In this document: positions 52,630 to 64,000 of the stretch, piece by piece
Layout of the letters: every line of letters starts with the position of its first letter
Numbering within the stretch: position 1 is the first letter of the stretch
Translations under genes and position numbers: made by a program
Notes under the pieces: model-generated
The model's database searches: none
What the model saw: only the letters and a program-made list of their open reading frames with translations
Told to the model about the DNA's origin: nothing
NCBI RefSeq assembly: GCF_006345805.1
Contig: NC_043001.1
Coordinates: forward strand, 41,354,001 to 41,418,000
Origin: Octopus sinensis
Taxonomy: Eukaryota
Direction: 5' to 3'
DNA: 64,000 bases

Positions 52630-55164
52630 TCCCTTTACATTTTCAACTTCTTCTACTATCATGTAGGTGGGGCAAAAGACGTTCAGTGCCTTTTCTGACA
52701 TGCAACACAGAACCAGCCATGGGATATGAATACAGATTGTTAGCTTAGAAAGTGGTATCTTGCACACTTGGCCACTGCCAATATAATGTAAAATAACAAA
52801 GGATAGGCTTGTATGAAGTAGCCAAATACACAAGCAAATTCAGGTAGTACACATGAATAAGGAACAGATTAATGCTATATGAATGTAAAGTGTATTCAAA
52901 CTAAACTTCTATACATAAAAAGCTATTTTTATAAGAATAAAATAATTATATTAAAAAGAATGAAATTCAATCAAAATTTCAGGTTATATATGGGATGTGG
53001 TGAGCAAACACTTTTGTAAATTCATTAAGTGAACAAATGAGATTGCTATAAGCTATGCTAGCATGGAAAATTCATGTTGAAATGATGATGGTGGCATTGA
53101 AGTTTAGGCAATACTAGACAAGAATGTCAACTGTTGTATATTATAAAGGAAATTAATTCTGTTTATAACGTTACAAAATAATAAGAAATTTAACTTTAAA
53201 AGTACTTTTTAATCAAAAAGCATTTTACTGAATTTAATAAGGAAATTACCATATTATTTTTCTTATTTTACCAAAAGAAACTGGAGTTTTGAAAAAGCTC
53301 TGTGTTTGATTTTTTTTAGCTTTCATATACATTTACGGTTGACATAAATTCACAAAAAAGATTTAAAAAAAAACTAAAGAGGCTGTTACACTATGCATGT
53401 AATAGGGCAAAGAAAATTGTTTGTAGAGATAAAATATCAGTAGCTTAGTACTTGATATTGTTTTTAGCATTTTTCTCCATTTAATTCCATAATATCTTTC
53501 TGAATCAAGAAAACCTAAAGTCAGAGAGAAAAGAATACATTGAAAGCAAGAAAGAGAACAAAGAAAAAATAAAACTAAGAAGAATGAAAAATCTTGAAAA
53601 ATTTAAAATTTCAGATTAGCTAATACTTTAGGATACTGAATGAAGTAACAAGGTTAAACATGCTTAAATTCAACAAGAAAGGGTCTAGCTAATATGAATT
53701 GATTTTAAATGTTCCCAATGGCAAGAGTATGAGGATTGAAAAGTAAAATTTTGTGTGCACAAATATTAAAAACCATATTATTACAAAGTACCAAATTGCC
53801 ATCTCTGCACTTGCATCAACTTGCCAGTTGATGGAATGATTATAAAAAGAACATACAGCCATATAACCATGGCACCAAACATAGAGAAGTATTCACATTT
53901 ATGGACTTATCCTAAATCATGCCAACATTAAACTGTAAATGTAAAATGAAAAATAGAGGGAAAAGATAATGATATTTAAAACAGATTAAAAGAACAGCTT
54001 CTGTTACACAAAGAAAGGTTATGCAAGAGTAGATAGGATGTTTCAACTTGGCTGATTTGAATATTTGCTCTATTTGTTCTATATATAATGGTTAAAGTCT
54101 GACTCTAATATTTTATTTATTTTTTTTATTTTGGTAAATTCTAATCTGCTTGAATCAATGATGGAACTCTATGTAGTCAGTCAACCTGCTAGAAATAGCA
54201 ACCAAATTCCACCACCACCACCACAGCCTACCATCTTAAAAACAAAGGACACATTAGATGACACATTTGCAAAAAAGATGAGCAAGATCGTGGCCAGACT
54301 ACTTTTGATTTAAGACTGCTTGATCAGGGTTGACTTGGAGTTGAATAACAATTAACTTATGATCTGTTTTAATCTAGATTATTAAAATATAATTGCGTGT
54401 GTGTGTTCATGTCTACCAAGCTTTGACTTTGATCTTCAATTATTGTTTAAACTGTATTTCACACTAGACACTTTTCATGATAAAATGTGTGCACGAGAGA
54501 GAAAGAGAGAAGGAAAAAGAGAAAGAGAGGTGTGTGTACAAAGGTGGGGTTCTACAAAATCAAATGTTTTACTTTGAAGTATTCTTTTCAAGAATTTTAC
54601 TCTCATTATATTTATCCTGCACTGTGGTGGGTGTCTTTAGTAGAAATGTGACATACTTTCATCTTTCTGTATATGACATACTTCACTGCACTTATTCTTC
54701 CTAAATTCATAGACAGTATTAGATAGTCTATCCATACAGAAAATCATTCATCCTTTCTGCATTCTACTTTTCTTCTCTCTGAAGATAAATTTCTTGTTGG
54801 CAAGAATTATTTTTCTCCTTAAAGAAAACTTTGTTATTACTGTACCCATATCTCAGTCACAGCAGAAAAAGTAGACAGTATTGTTTTAATCCTTTACCTG
54901 CCCTATATATATCACGTTATACAATATGCAAGATATGTTTCACTGGCAACCATGCATCACACACGAAATGCATATCTATAACCAGCAGACTAACTTGGGA
55001 CTTACAGAAAGGACGCTTTAAATTACTCAGAATGTATAAAACAAGGGATAACTAAAAGTCTGAAAACATGCATTGACATTTACGACAAATTTATTATAAT
55101 TATTTGGACAGGCAAAGAGTTAACCAACAATAGTTCAAATTAATAGAAAAACAAAGAAAGATAA

Positions 55165-58100
55165 GTGTAGGAACAACAAGCAAGTGAATTAGTTTGATGC
55201 TCGGAAAAAATGGAAAAGTCTTTCATGTTTCAAGCCTATGCTCTTTGACATGGGCTTGTGTGTGTATGTGTGTAGCATGTATATGTGTTCAGGTATTATG
55301 TACCTGTGTGGGAGTGTGCATGGTGGTGTGTGTACTGAGTTAAGCAGTGTGTGTGGCTGCTCATATAGTGGTATGTGTGGTGACACTATTGAAGATTGTG
55401 TGTGAATGGTGTTGTGTGGGTGCTGAGAAGTGTGTGGGAGGGTGTTGTGGTGTGTATGTAATGGTGTATGGAGTGATGAGTTGAACAGTGTGTATGGGTA
55501 TAATGGTGTGTGGGGGTGAGGGTACGGAGGTAGTATGCAGGTGTGTAGGTAGAGGGTGTGGGAGGTGAGTGGGAATCCGTGTGGGATTGGTATCAAATGA
55601 AGGGAGGCGGTGAGGTTGGTGTCAAATGAAGAAAGGAGGGGAGTTGAGCAAAGGAACAAAGAAAGAAGATTAATTCCTATTCATGGCAGGAGTCCAGGTG
55701 GCCCCTGTGCAGAGATGTTGTAGCAAATGATCAGTAGAGCAGAAATGGCACAAGACTGGGGTGTCCTTCGTTGTGTGGGATCACCGTATATAAACTTTTG
55801 ATATCAAGGGCAAACAGAACTTAAGAGAGGCCAGAAGGGAAGGAGAAATAGTTAAACAGACAGAGAGCATGGCTGGTGTTGTGGAGGGTAGCCACTAGAA
55901 GGCAAAGGACATGTTAGAGATATTTGGAGACCATTTCTGTGGGGGCAGTTGCAGGCGGAGTTGATGGGGCAGCCAGGGTTGGTGGGCTTGTGGATTTTGA
56001 GAAGGAAGTAAATAGAGATGGTGCATGGAGTATGGACAATGAGGTTGGAAGCGGTGGGAGGGAGAGGGGAAGAAGAAATGAGGTCTGAATAGTAGATGAC
56101 ACAGTCTGTTGGTAGCTAGACATGAGATTGGAGAGCAGAGGGCAATAGAAGGAGGTGTCACGAAGTCAGCCTTGTAAAGGTCCACGCACCACACCACCAT
56201 AACTTCACCCTTGTCAGCTGGTTTGATGACAATGTCTGTGGTGTTGGAGACATCAAAGCACTGAGTTTGGCCAGGGAGATTCTGGAAATGTCAGGACGCC
56301 TGTGAAAGTGGAAGCAGTCCACAACACGGCAGATGCTTGCAAAATGATCAACTACTTGGAACTGGCGTCTGGTAGGATGGCTGGCAGCCCAGGTCAGTGA
56401 AGCATTTTTCTTCATTAGATGCAGGTGGAGTGTTATGGGATAGTGCCTATAGCTTGATGCGGTGCACAAAATTTTGAATGTCAGCATGGGTCTGAAACTT
56501 GTTAGTAGATGGAGTGAGGGGAATGAATCACAGACCCTTACTGAGAGAACTATGCTTTAGAGAGGGGGAAATCAGGAGGACTGGTAACAATAGACTGAAG
56601 TGGGAGGGAGACAGGGGAGTTAGGTGGGGAGGGAAGGGAGGCAGGGGAGTTAGGTGGGGAGGGAAGGGATGCAGTGGGAGGAGAGAGAGGAGGAAGTGGT
56701 GTGTTGGAGGGTTGGAGTGAGGGTTGGAGTGAGGATGAGAGGGAGTGGATAGAGGAGGGAGGAGTAGGTGTAGTAGCATCAGGTTGGACAGGATGAAAGA
56801 ATGAGTAAAGTTTATGTGTTTAGTGCGAGCGAGAAAGTCATGAAAAAGGTAGTTTGGATAGAGGAAGAAATGTAAGGTGGAATGTGCAATGGATGGCAAG
56901 CAGCAGGAGAAAAAGGTGGAATAAGTGAAAAGGAAAAGGCGGTCGAGGGTGTGTATTTTAGAGAGATTAGAATGAATGGTGGCACGCATAAGGCAGTAGG
57001 AAATGGTGTGGAGTATGGTTAGGATGGCAGAGACAGAATGGAAAGTAGGGTGGAAACTTTTGAGGATGAGGTGGTGGTAAGGGCAGTGATTGAGAAAGAA
57101 AACATGAGTACAGAAGCGTTTTTTTTTTTTTTAAATCAGTAAGGAAAGATTAATAGAAGGTTGAAAGCAGCGGAAAGGAAGCATGGAAAAGTGTTTTTTT
57201 AATGCGGTGGTGAAGGAGGAAGGATTTATAATTAGGCATGTTAGGAAAAGGAGAAAAGAAAGAAAAAGAGAAAAAAATGGAAGAAAAAGGCAAAGTATTA
57301 ATGTATGGAGTTTGAAAGTTCAAAAGTTGTGGTAGATTAGAGTGATTTACATCAACAAAAATAGCCAGTGAGATCCGTGAAGGTAGAGTCCAAAAGAGTA
57401 TGAAGATCCAGTGGTAATACTGGTGAAGTGCTAGTATGTGGATGAAGAGCGGTACTGAAAGGTCTGTAAGTGGTTAAGATATGCAAGTCCAAAATAGTGG
57501 GAAGTTCAGTCAAGATCAAACTAGAGTAACTGCATGAGCATATAAGATATAGTCCAAATTTATAGAAAAGCTAAGACGAAGACAGGTGTAGGAACAACAA
57601 GCAAGTGTATTAGTTTGACTCAGGAAAAATAGAAAAGTCTTTTACGTTTTGAGCCTATGCTCTTCAACAGAAAGGACTATGAGGAAATAAATAGAGAGAG
57701 AATTAAAAAAACCATGTTGAGTTCAGTGGTCCAACATGGCAAATGACTGGAAAGAGGGTGAATGAAAGGGAGATAATTCATGGTGATCCCACCAAGAGGA
57801 AGTGCACAAGAGTGCGTGTGTATGTGAGAATGGTGTGTGTGAGTGTGTATGTGTGAATGGGGGCGAGTGAGTTTAACTTGTGTGTGTGTGTGTGTAATGT
57901 CTGTGCTGTGTGTAGCACTCGATATGTGCTTTTTTACATGGTGTGTGCACATGTGTGTCACTGACCAAATGGTGTAAATGTGTTGAGTGCAGGTACGTGG
58001 GCAAAAGTTCTCTTTGTCTATGTGTGTAGCATGTATGTGTGTGTATGTGTATATATTGTCTGTGTGGGGGTGGGAGTATATATTGTCTATGTTCAGGTAT

Positions 58101-58412
58101 TATGTGCTTGTGTGTGTGTGCATGATGGCGTGTGGTGTGTGTACTGAGTTAAACAGTGAGTGTGGCTGCTCATATAATGGTATGTGTGGTGACACTATTA
58201 AAGATTGTGTGTGTGTGAATAATGGTTTGTTGTGTGGGTGCTGAGAAGTGTGTGGAGTGGGAAGGTGTTGTGGGTGTGTGTGTGAAGTGAGTGATGAGAT
58301 GAACAGTGTGTATGGGTGTGTGTACAGTGGTGAGTGAGGGTACTGAGGTGGGCAGTATGCAGGTGTGTAGTTGGAGGGTGTGGGAGGCGAGTGGGAGTCC
58401 ATGTGGGATTGG
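55165..58412 (-). mobile_element. Penelope-like element with two pseudo-LTR copies and a decayed, deleted RT ORF
   Basis: DIVIKPADKG (about 56205-56240), KIHKPTNPGCPI..C.CPTE.VSKYL (about 55915-56005), LFALDIKSLYTVIPHNEG (about 55765-55820). Direct repeats 55250-55615 vs 58010-58412 and 55165-55250 vs 57585-57670. Confidence 0.9.
57636..57678 (-). ncRNA. Degenerate minimal type I hammerhead ribozyme motif in the PLE pseudo-LTR
   Basis: AGUC(C)UUU-CUGUUGA-A-GAGC auag GCUC-AAAAC-GUA-AAAGACU. The sister copy at 55217-55250 keeps GAAAC but has lost the CUGAUGA box. Confidence 0.7.
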
Positions 58413-59269
58413 TGTTAATATAATTAACCATTATCATATAGCACAGCACCTATCTAGACAGCTTTTTTTTTCTACACATTACATTATGGATGAAGAACCA
58501 TTGGAAGGAAGGAAACAGCGCAGGAAATGGACAAGGAAATGTTATCAAAAGATCAGACACAGAGAAAAAGTAAAAACAGAAAGGATAGAGGGGACACTGT
58601 TCAAGAATCCTAAAGTAAATGAAAATTATAGGTGTATGCTTATGAAAACACTCTTAGTCAATAAGAAAACAATGCTAGGCAGGTGACAACAATTGGTGCA
58701 AAATAATGAAGACAATACTATTCAAATTGCAAAATGTCAAAGAAGCAAGAAAATGTATGTTTCATGGAGTAGCAAGGATAAATTATTTTCCCCACTCTCT
58801 ATATGCTTTCTTGATGATGAGGAATCAAAGGAATCTGAGGTAAATTTAAAAGGTGACTTTTGCAAGTGGACAGATACCATCCATGTCATATGAACAGAAC
58901 TTCTGCTGACTGCCAAACATATCCATGAATAGGAAAGTGGAAAACTGGCTCAATTTTACAGGATTTTACAGGATTATACATTGTGATTAAATGTTTCATA
59001 CTGCCAATTTTAAGGCAACTATACTTATCAGTAAGTCTAAAATAATATATTTCGTTAGTTATATAATTTGTTTAATTAATGAAACATATACACAATTTAC
59101 AATGAAAACCTTAAAACTAAAATACAATTGCTTGGATTTTTTTTATAAGAGTGAAAGTCACAGAGAGGAGGAAAATTAAAACAAGAAAAAAAAAAAAGAA
59201 AATACTGAGGAAAGCACTCCACCAAGTAAGCTCAAACAGAAAAAAAAAAAAAAATGATCCAAAACTCTC

Positions 59270-59425
59270 CTGGTGTGTTTACCCATGTGAAAATATTAAT
59301 TTCACCCAGCAACCATATGGTCCCAGGGTCAATCTTACTGCATGGCACTTCAGTCAAGTGTTGTGTATCATAGCTTCAGGTTGACTTTCTGATTGATTTT
59401 GCAAGATGATAACTGTGCACAAGCC

Positions 59426-59430
<5 letters not shown>
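59270..59430 (+). mobile_element. SINE family A, degenerate
   Basis: caaccatatggtcccagggtcaatcttactgcatggcac...aagtgttgtgt. Confidence 0.55.
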
Positions 59431-59457
<27 letters not shown>

Positions 59458-59589
59458 GAGGGTACAAGATAGTGAATAGGTTTTATTGAGCTATCTTAGT
59501 TGCTCATTCAACACTCAGTTAACTTTTCTCTCCTCCTACAAGATCAAGAAAGTACTGGGGTTGAGATAATCAATTGAAAACCTAAACTT

Positions 59590-59975
59590 TTTAATACTTC
59601 ATTGCAAACCAAAGTTTTCTTCTGCTGTAAAAAGGCTGTCTACACTTTATTGCATTTCAGCCTCAGGAAGTGCAATCAAATCCCAACCTTCCACACAGTT
59701 AGCGATTCCTCATCCATCTTGGTCTTAGTTTAGAGCTTCTTGAAGAGTGTATCATCATGAACATTGCTTTGCAGTAAGGACATGCTAAGAATTATAACTA
59801 CCTTAAAGACTATGTGAGCATGAAACTTGGTTTCATTATTTTAGTTACGATATTTATCCACAGATGCTTTAGCAAACAATCTAACATAAGATTGATACAT
59901 GATGTTCATGATCTTGTCTGGATAACCAAACTTTTCTCATAACCTCTCAAAATTGCATCAAAGGTATTAGTTGTG
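59590..59975 (-). mobile_element. RTE LINE RT fragment
   Basis: FDAI...KFGYPDKIMNI and EAEMQ*SVDSLFTAEENFG. Confidence 0.7.
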
Positions 59976-60299
59976 CCACTGAATATTGTAGATAGGTCTA
60001 GTATTTAGCTCTTGGTCAGATCTGACTGGGCAACCCTATGAACAAAAGTTTTCCACCCATGGCCATCTCGTCCCTTAGCATATATCAAAGACTACATCCT
60101 TCAGTGTGCTCTTTATTTAAGAGTGTAGGATGTGACCACTACATAGATGGTCTCTCGTATAGAGAGACCTGTGAAACTGATATATTCAATATTAATTCAT
60201 GTAAGTGATTGTCATTATACAGTAAAAAATTCTGGTTTATACATGTATCACTGTTCAAAATATTAGTAAAATCCTAACAGATAATATAAAAATATTATA

Positions 60300-60347
60300 A
60301 AGAGTTGATAAAGTGTTTGATGTACATCAAACACTTTATCAACTCTT
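60300..60347. repeat. Perfect 48-bp spacer-less palindrome
   Basis: AAGAGTTGATAAAGTGTTTGATGT|ACATCAAACACTTTATCAACTCTT. Confidence 0.95.
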
Positions 60348-60489
60348 CCACAACACTTTCCAACCTTGGTACAATACAGAAATTTACTATCTTTTACTGA
60401 CTATTTTACGGAGGCAGACACTGTAGGTATGCTCGAGCTGCCTCCATTGCCTACCTATGTAGAAAGAAAATAAAATTTTCCGTTATAAC

Positions 60490-60640
60490 CATAGATAGTC
60501 ATTGTCTTGACATCACTTACAAAATCCTTGAAAGAATTCCCTTTAATTGCCTGTTACAGCACCTGGAAGATGGCCACATGTCAGAGAACTGGTATTGTGC
60601 CATGCATGCTTATAATGCTGATATCAGATTACAGGTTTTG
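60490..60640 (+). mobile_element. RTE LINE fragment, opposite orientation to 59590-59975
   Basis: ITYKILERIPFNCLLQHLEDG resembles the RTE motif IAGKILARILLNRL.QHLE.G. Confidence 0.55.
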
Positions 60641-61189
60641 CATGACCTGAAAACTGCCAGCAGTAACCCTTCCACCATTATATTTGCATCTATTTCTCTA
60701 TTGATTATTCATCTTTTCCCAAACCCCTCCCTGCTTGTTCTCTCTCTCAAGCAGATCTGAATAAATGATTTTTTATTTGTGTCTGTGTGTACATGTATAT
60801 AAACATTGATTCTTAATATGCAGTTACCAGTTTCATTACTCAGTAACCCTTATACAACCATTATAATTAGCTAAAATTGTACTGAAACAGTTAAATAAAT
60901 AAATAAGATCAATTTGTTTTTTGGTAATGAAGAAAGTGATAAGGGAATGTTCTATAATGAATTGATGGCACAATCAAATAAACAAATCTGATACTATGAT
61001 TTATCAACATAATATAATTTTGGAATATATTCAATAATATTAATTCATATAAGTGATTGTCATTATACAGTAAAAAATTCTGGTTTATATATGTATCACT
61101 GTTCAAAATATTAGTTAAATCCTAACAGATATTATAAAAATTTTGACTGTTGATGAGTAATAACAAGGAGAAAACTGTTTCTAACATAG

Positions 61190-61395
61190 GTACAAAGACA
61201 AAAATTATTGGGAAGAGGAGGAGGAATCAATTTTATTGATTCCAGTATTTGACTAGGGCTTATTTTATCAACCCTGGAAAGATCAAAGGCTGACAGGCAA
61301 AGTTGACCTTGGTGGAATTTGAATTTAGAATGTAAAGAACTGAAATAAATATCACAAAGAATTTTATTTGATATTCTGAGTTAATTCACTGCCAC
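61190..61395 (-). mobile_element. SINE family B, degenerate
   Basis: aggcaaagttgaccttggtggaatttgaatttagaatgtaaag. Confidence 0.65.
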
Positions 61396-61917
61396 AGTTA
61401 AATAATAAAAACTAGGTATGTTTCTTTTAAACAATTGGAAAATCGTATTAAATGTAAATAAATTAGAAATTCTATTGACACAAAATATTGTGACAAGTCA
61501 TAAGACTGTGGTTAAATGTAATATTTCTTTCATGAAACTAACATATATTATGAAAAAGAAAGTGAGCTCTATAAAGAAAAAAGAAAAAGCAAAGTTCCTA
61601 TTGGATTGCCCAGATTTCAGAAATCCCATTTTAATTATGTCAATGAGATTTAAAGAAAACATAGGACATGTTTGTGTTCATATATCTGTAAGTAGATATG
61701 TATAATCTGAATTCAGATTCACCAAACTCAGTGCTAATACTGCGCATTAACATATTTTCATATATTTCACCAGTATTCTTTAATTCCAAAGATATGGTAC
61801 ATATCTTACCTTTCTATAGGTGGTATTGCAAGATTTTTCCTGAATATCTTATAACCATCACATAGGAGGTGGCGCAACTGATGTATTTTATCACATGGCA
61901 ATGACTTGGGAACATAC

Positions 61918-62028
61918 CAAGCTGTATTTATATAAATTTGTCTTATTTTCAATCTTGAAATTTCTCCAATAAAGAAAGAACCAGTCCTTAAAAAAGCAAT
62001 TAAATCCTCTGTAGGGTTGCTTAATGAA
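61918..62028 (-). CDS. Putative exon 2 of an uncharacterised protein
   Basis: acttttttaaag| acceptor (alternative 9 nt downstream), TTG|gtatgt donor, 111 nt, phase 2-2, SLSNPTEDLIAFLRTGSFFIGEISRLKIRQIYINTA. Confidence 0.5.
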
Positions 62029-62781
62029 CTTTAAAAAAGTTTTGCATATTTTTACTTCCCTGATACCCTGATAGAAGTAGCAGAACATATTAAATATTTC
62101 TATTCTTTAATCAAGAACCTCTAGGTTTTAAGGCTATTGTTTAAAATTTTGCTATCATAATCAAGTGCAATAATAATTATAGATAAGAACATTAAACTAT
62201 AATCAGAGTATAGTATCTGTAATTTCTAAAGTAATTATAATAAATTTTATTTATTTATTTATTTATTTAGATTCTTACATCTATCTGTTAAAGAGCTAAT
62301 TTCCACAATGTCAGAAGTTTTGTTTTCTTCTATTTTAGATTACTATTGAGTCTATTGTGTTTATATTGATAAAAATCTGACACCTACACCCTGTGGGCAA
62401 TCTTTCCGACAGATAACATATTGTTTTCGCAATAACATAATGCCTCAAAGGAAAGTAAAACCATGACATTTTGCGGTAACTGCTGATTATATGTTTTATA
62501 TCCTGTAAAGAAAGGTAGTACTGTCAAGATTTTCGGTTACTCCTTGGGGCTTAATGGCTTAACTACCTCTTTTCATTGAAAAAAATATCTTGCAGCTATC
62601 TCTTGGATTGCAAAAGTATAACCTTTAAAACATGATGTAATTATCAGCCACTTGTCTTAGAGAAGCTACACTCACTGTCAATGTTGGCATTATTCTCAAG
62701 TTCACAGGATGCATGCACTTGCATAACTTTTTATTAGTATTCATTGTATTACACACACACACACACTTTGCATTATGGATG

Positions 62782-62812
<31 letters not shown>

Positions 62813-63636
62813 TGTGCATGTGTTTATATAAGACTGCACTCTCTCAACAATCTTAAAACTACAAGCTGCAGATTAAAGATTTATTAATAAAGCTAGGATT
62901 ATATTTAAAATTACTGCTTCACAAACAGGAAAATCTTTTCTTCAATAGACACCAAATGAGTAAGAAAAGTGAGATTTTATTTTTAAACAAAAGAGTGAAA
63001 ATTGCAATCTCACAATATATTATTTTGAAAACAATATTATTTATTTTATAATTAAGAATACAAAAAATTTCAATAATATAAAAAAAAATCTTGCTTTTAG
63101 CATTTAAGCTTAAAATATTTTTGATTTACCGTTTCTCTTTTCTTTCCATAAGTATTACATGTTTGTAGAGAGTGAAGAAGTAAACATACAGTAGCAAAGA
63201 AACCCAAGTAGGAAACTGCTAGAAAAACTACCCCTCCTCTGCACACTGACATTAAAAGTGTGATGATATTAAAATAATGCAAGTAGGCATTTTAGTGAAG
63301 TTGCTGTTAACTTGCCAGAACTATTCTGACAAATGCACATACATTTGATCAAAACCTGCAGCATTCCCTCATGGACAAATGCATTTCATATTGAAAAGTT
63401 AATACTTAAAAATGCCTGACAAGGATGAATCAAAATAGCTAAAAATGTGAAGTGACTTGAAAAAGCATTAAAGAACACAACACATTTTATACTTCATTGA
63501 ACACTGAAAAAATATCACAAGTCATTTTCTTTGTTAATAGTTGCATTTATTTTTATTCAGTATGTTAGCACTTTGAAATCCCAATATTAAGAAAATCAAT
63601 TTGAAATTATATTAATATTTAAATATAATTCCTCAC

Positions 63637-63671
63637 CTTTTGTTTATTACAAATATTGTACAACTTGCCAT
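63637..63671 (-). CDS. Putative first coding exon of an uncharacterised protein
   Basis: attATGg start, MASCTIFVINK, AAG|gtgagg phase-2 donor. An upstream acceptor (exon start 63747) has an in-frame stop before the ATG. Confidence 0.4.
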
Positions 63672-64000
63672 AATGTTTAATATAAACACATCACTGAACG
63701 GCAAATTTACTGTGGCTATTTATCTGGAGATATCTCTTACGGATATGCTGTATTTAAAAATGCAATGTGGTTAGCCATAACCTGGGACATAACTGAGAGC
63801 TACCAAGTATCTGCCTGGATAATATATCCCTCTAAACTCACATACATACATAGTGTAAAATTCCGTGATGTTAAGATCAACAAAAAGGCACTCCATCTGG
63901 TGAGAGATAAATATTATTTGATAAACACAATATATGTTTTTATGTGCTACTATTAATTTTATGCAATGAGAGCATGCCAGACACTATTTTATAACAGTGT

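Noticed and set aside
53792-53932. Signal-peptide-like exon MFGAMVIWLYVLFIIIPST with a phase-1 GC (53825) or GT (53792) donor
   Set aside because: It is phase-compatible with the lectin exon but 40 kb away and inside the inferred intron 2 of another gene model. It cannot be supported without transcripts.
58306-58893. Two consecutive plus-strand ORFs separated by one stop
   Set aside because: The start lies in the PLE repeat, the rest is purine-rich, and there is no recognisable motif or splice support.

Overview
AT-rich, microsatellite-dense eukaryotic DNA. It is most likely Octopus, because the dominant tRNA-headed SINE families resemble the octopus OK/OR-type SINEs (recognised from memory, not verified by a search). 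Most of the window is intron-like sequence packed with decayed transposons: about 25 SINE or SINE-like copies, RTE-clade LINE fragments (including a Rex3/Expander-like 3' end), three distinct Penelope-like element (PLE) fragments, four mariner remnants, a Tigger/pogo remnant and several MITEs or hairpin elements. Host coding signal is on the minus strand only. It consists of a convincing phase 1-1 exon encoding the first half of a C-type lectin domain (13363-13647) and three phase-compatible exons (63671-63637, 62028-61918, 51507-51232) that splice into the N-terminus of an unidentified protein. The most notable non-coding structures are a PLE with two pseudo-LTRs each carrying a degenerate minimal hammerhead ribozyme, another hammerhead-like motif with a U3-A8 core, a mariner built from two inverted 5' ends, a 1051-bp long-TIR MITE with an 8-bp TSD, a near-identical ~850-bp tandem duplication containing a hairpin element, and a 48-bp perfect palindrome. 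No rRNA, genuine tRNA or CRISPR array was found, and most ORFs in the track are microsatellite or repeat artefacts. All coordinates and translations were done by eye, and repeat boundaries are approximate.
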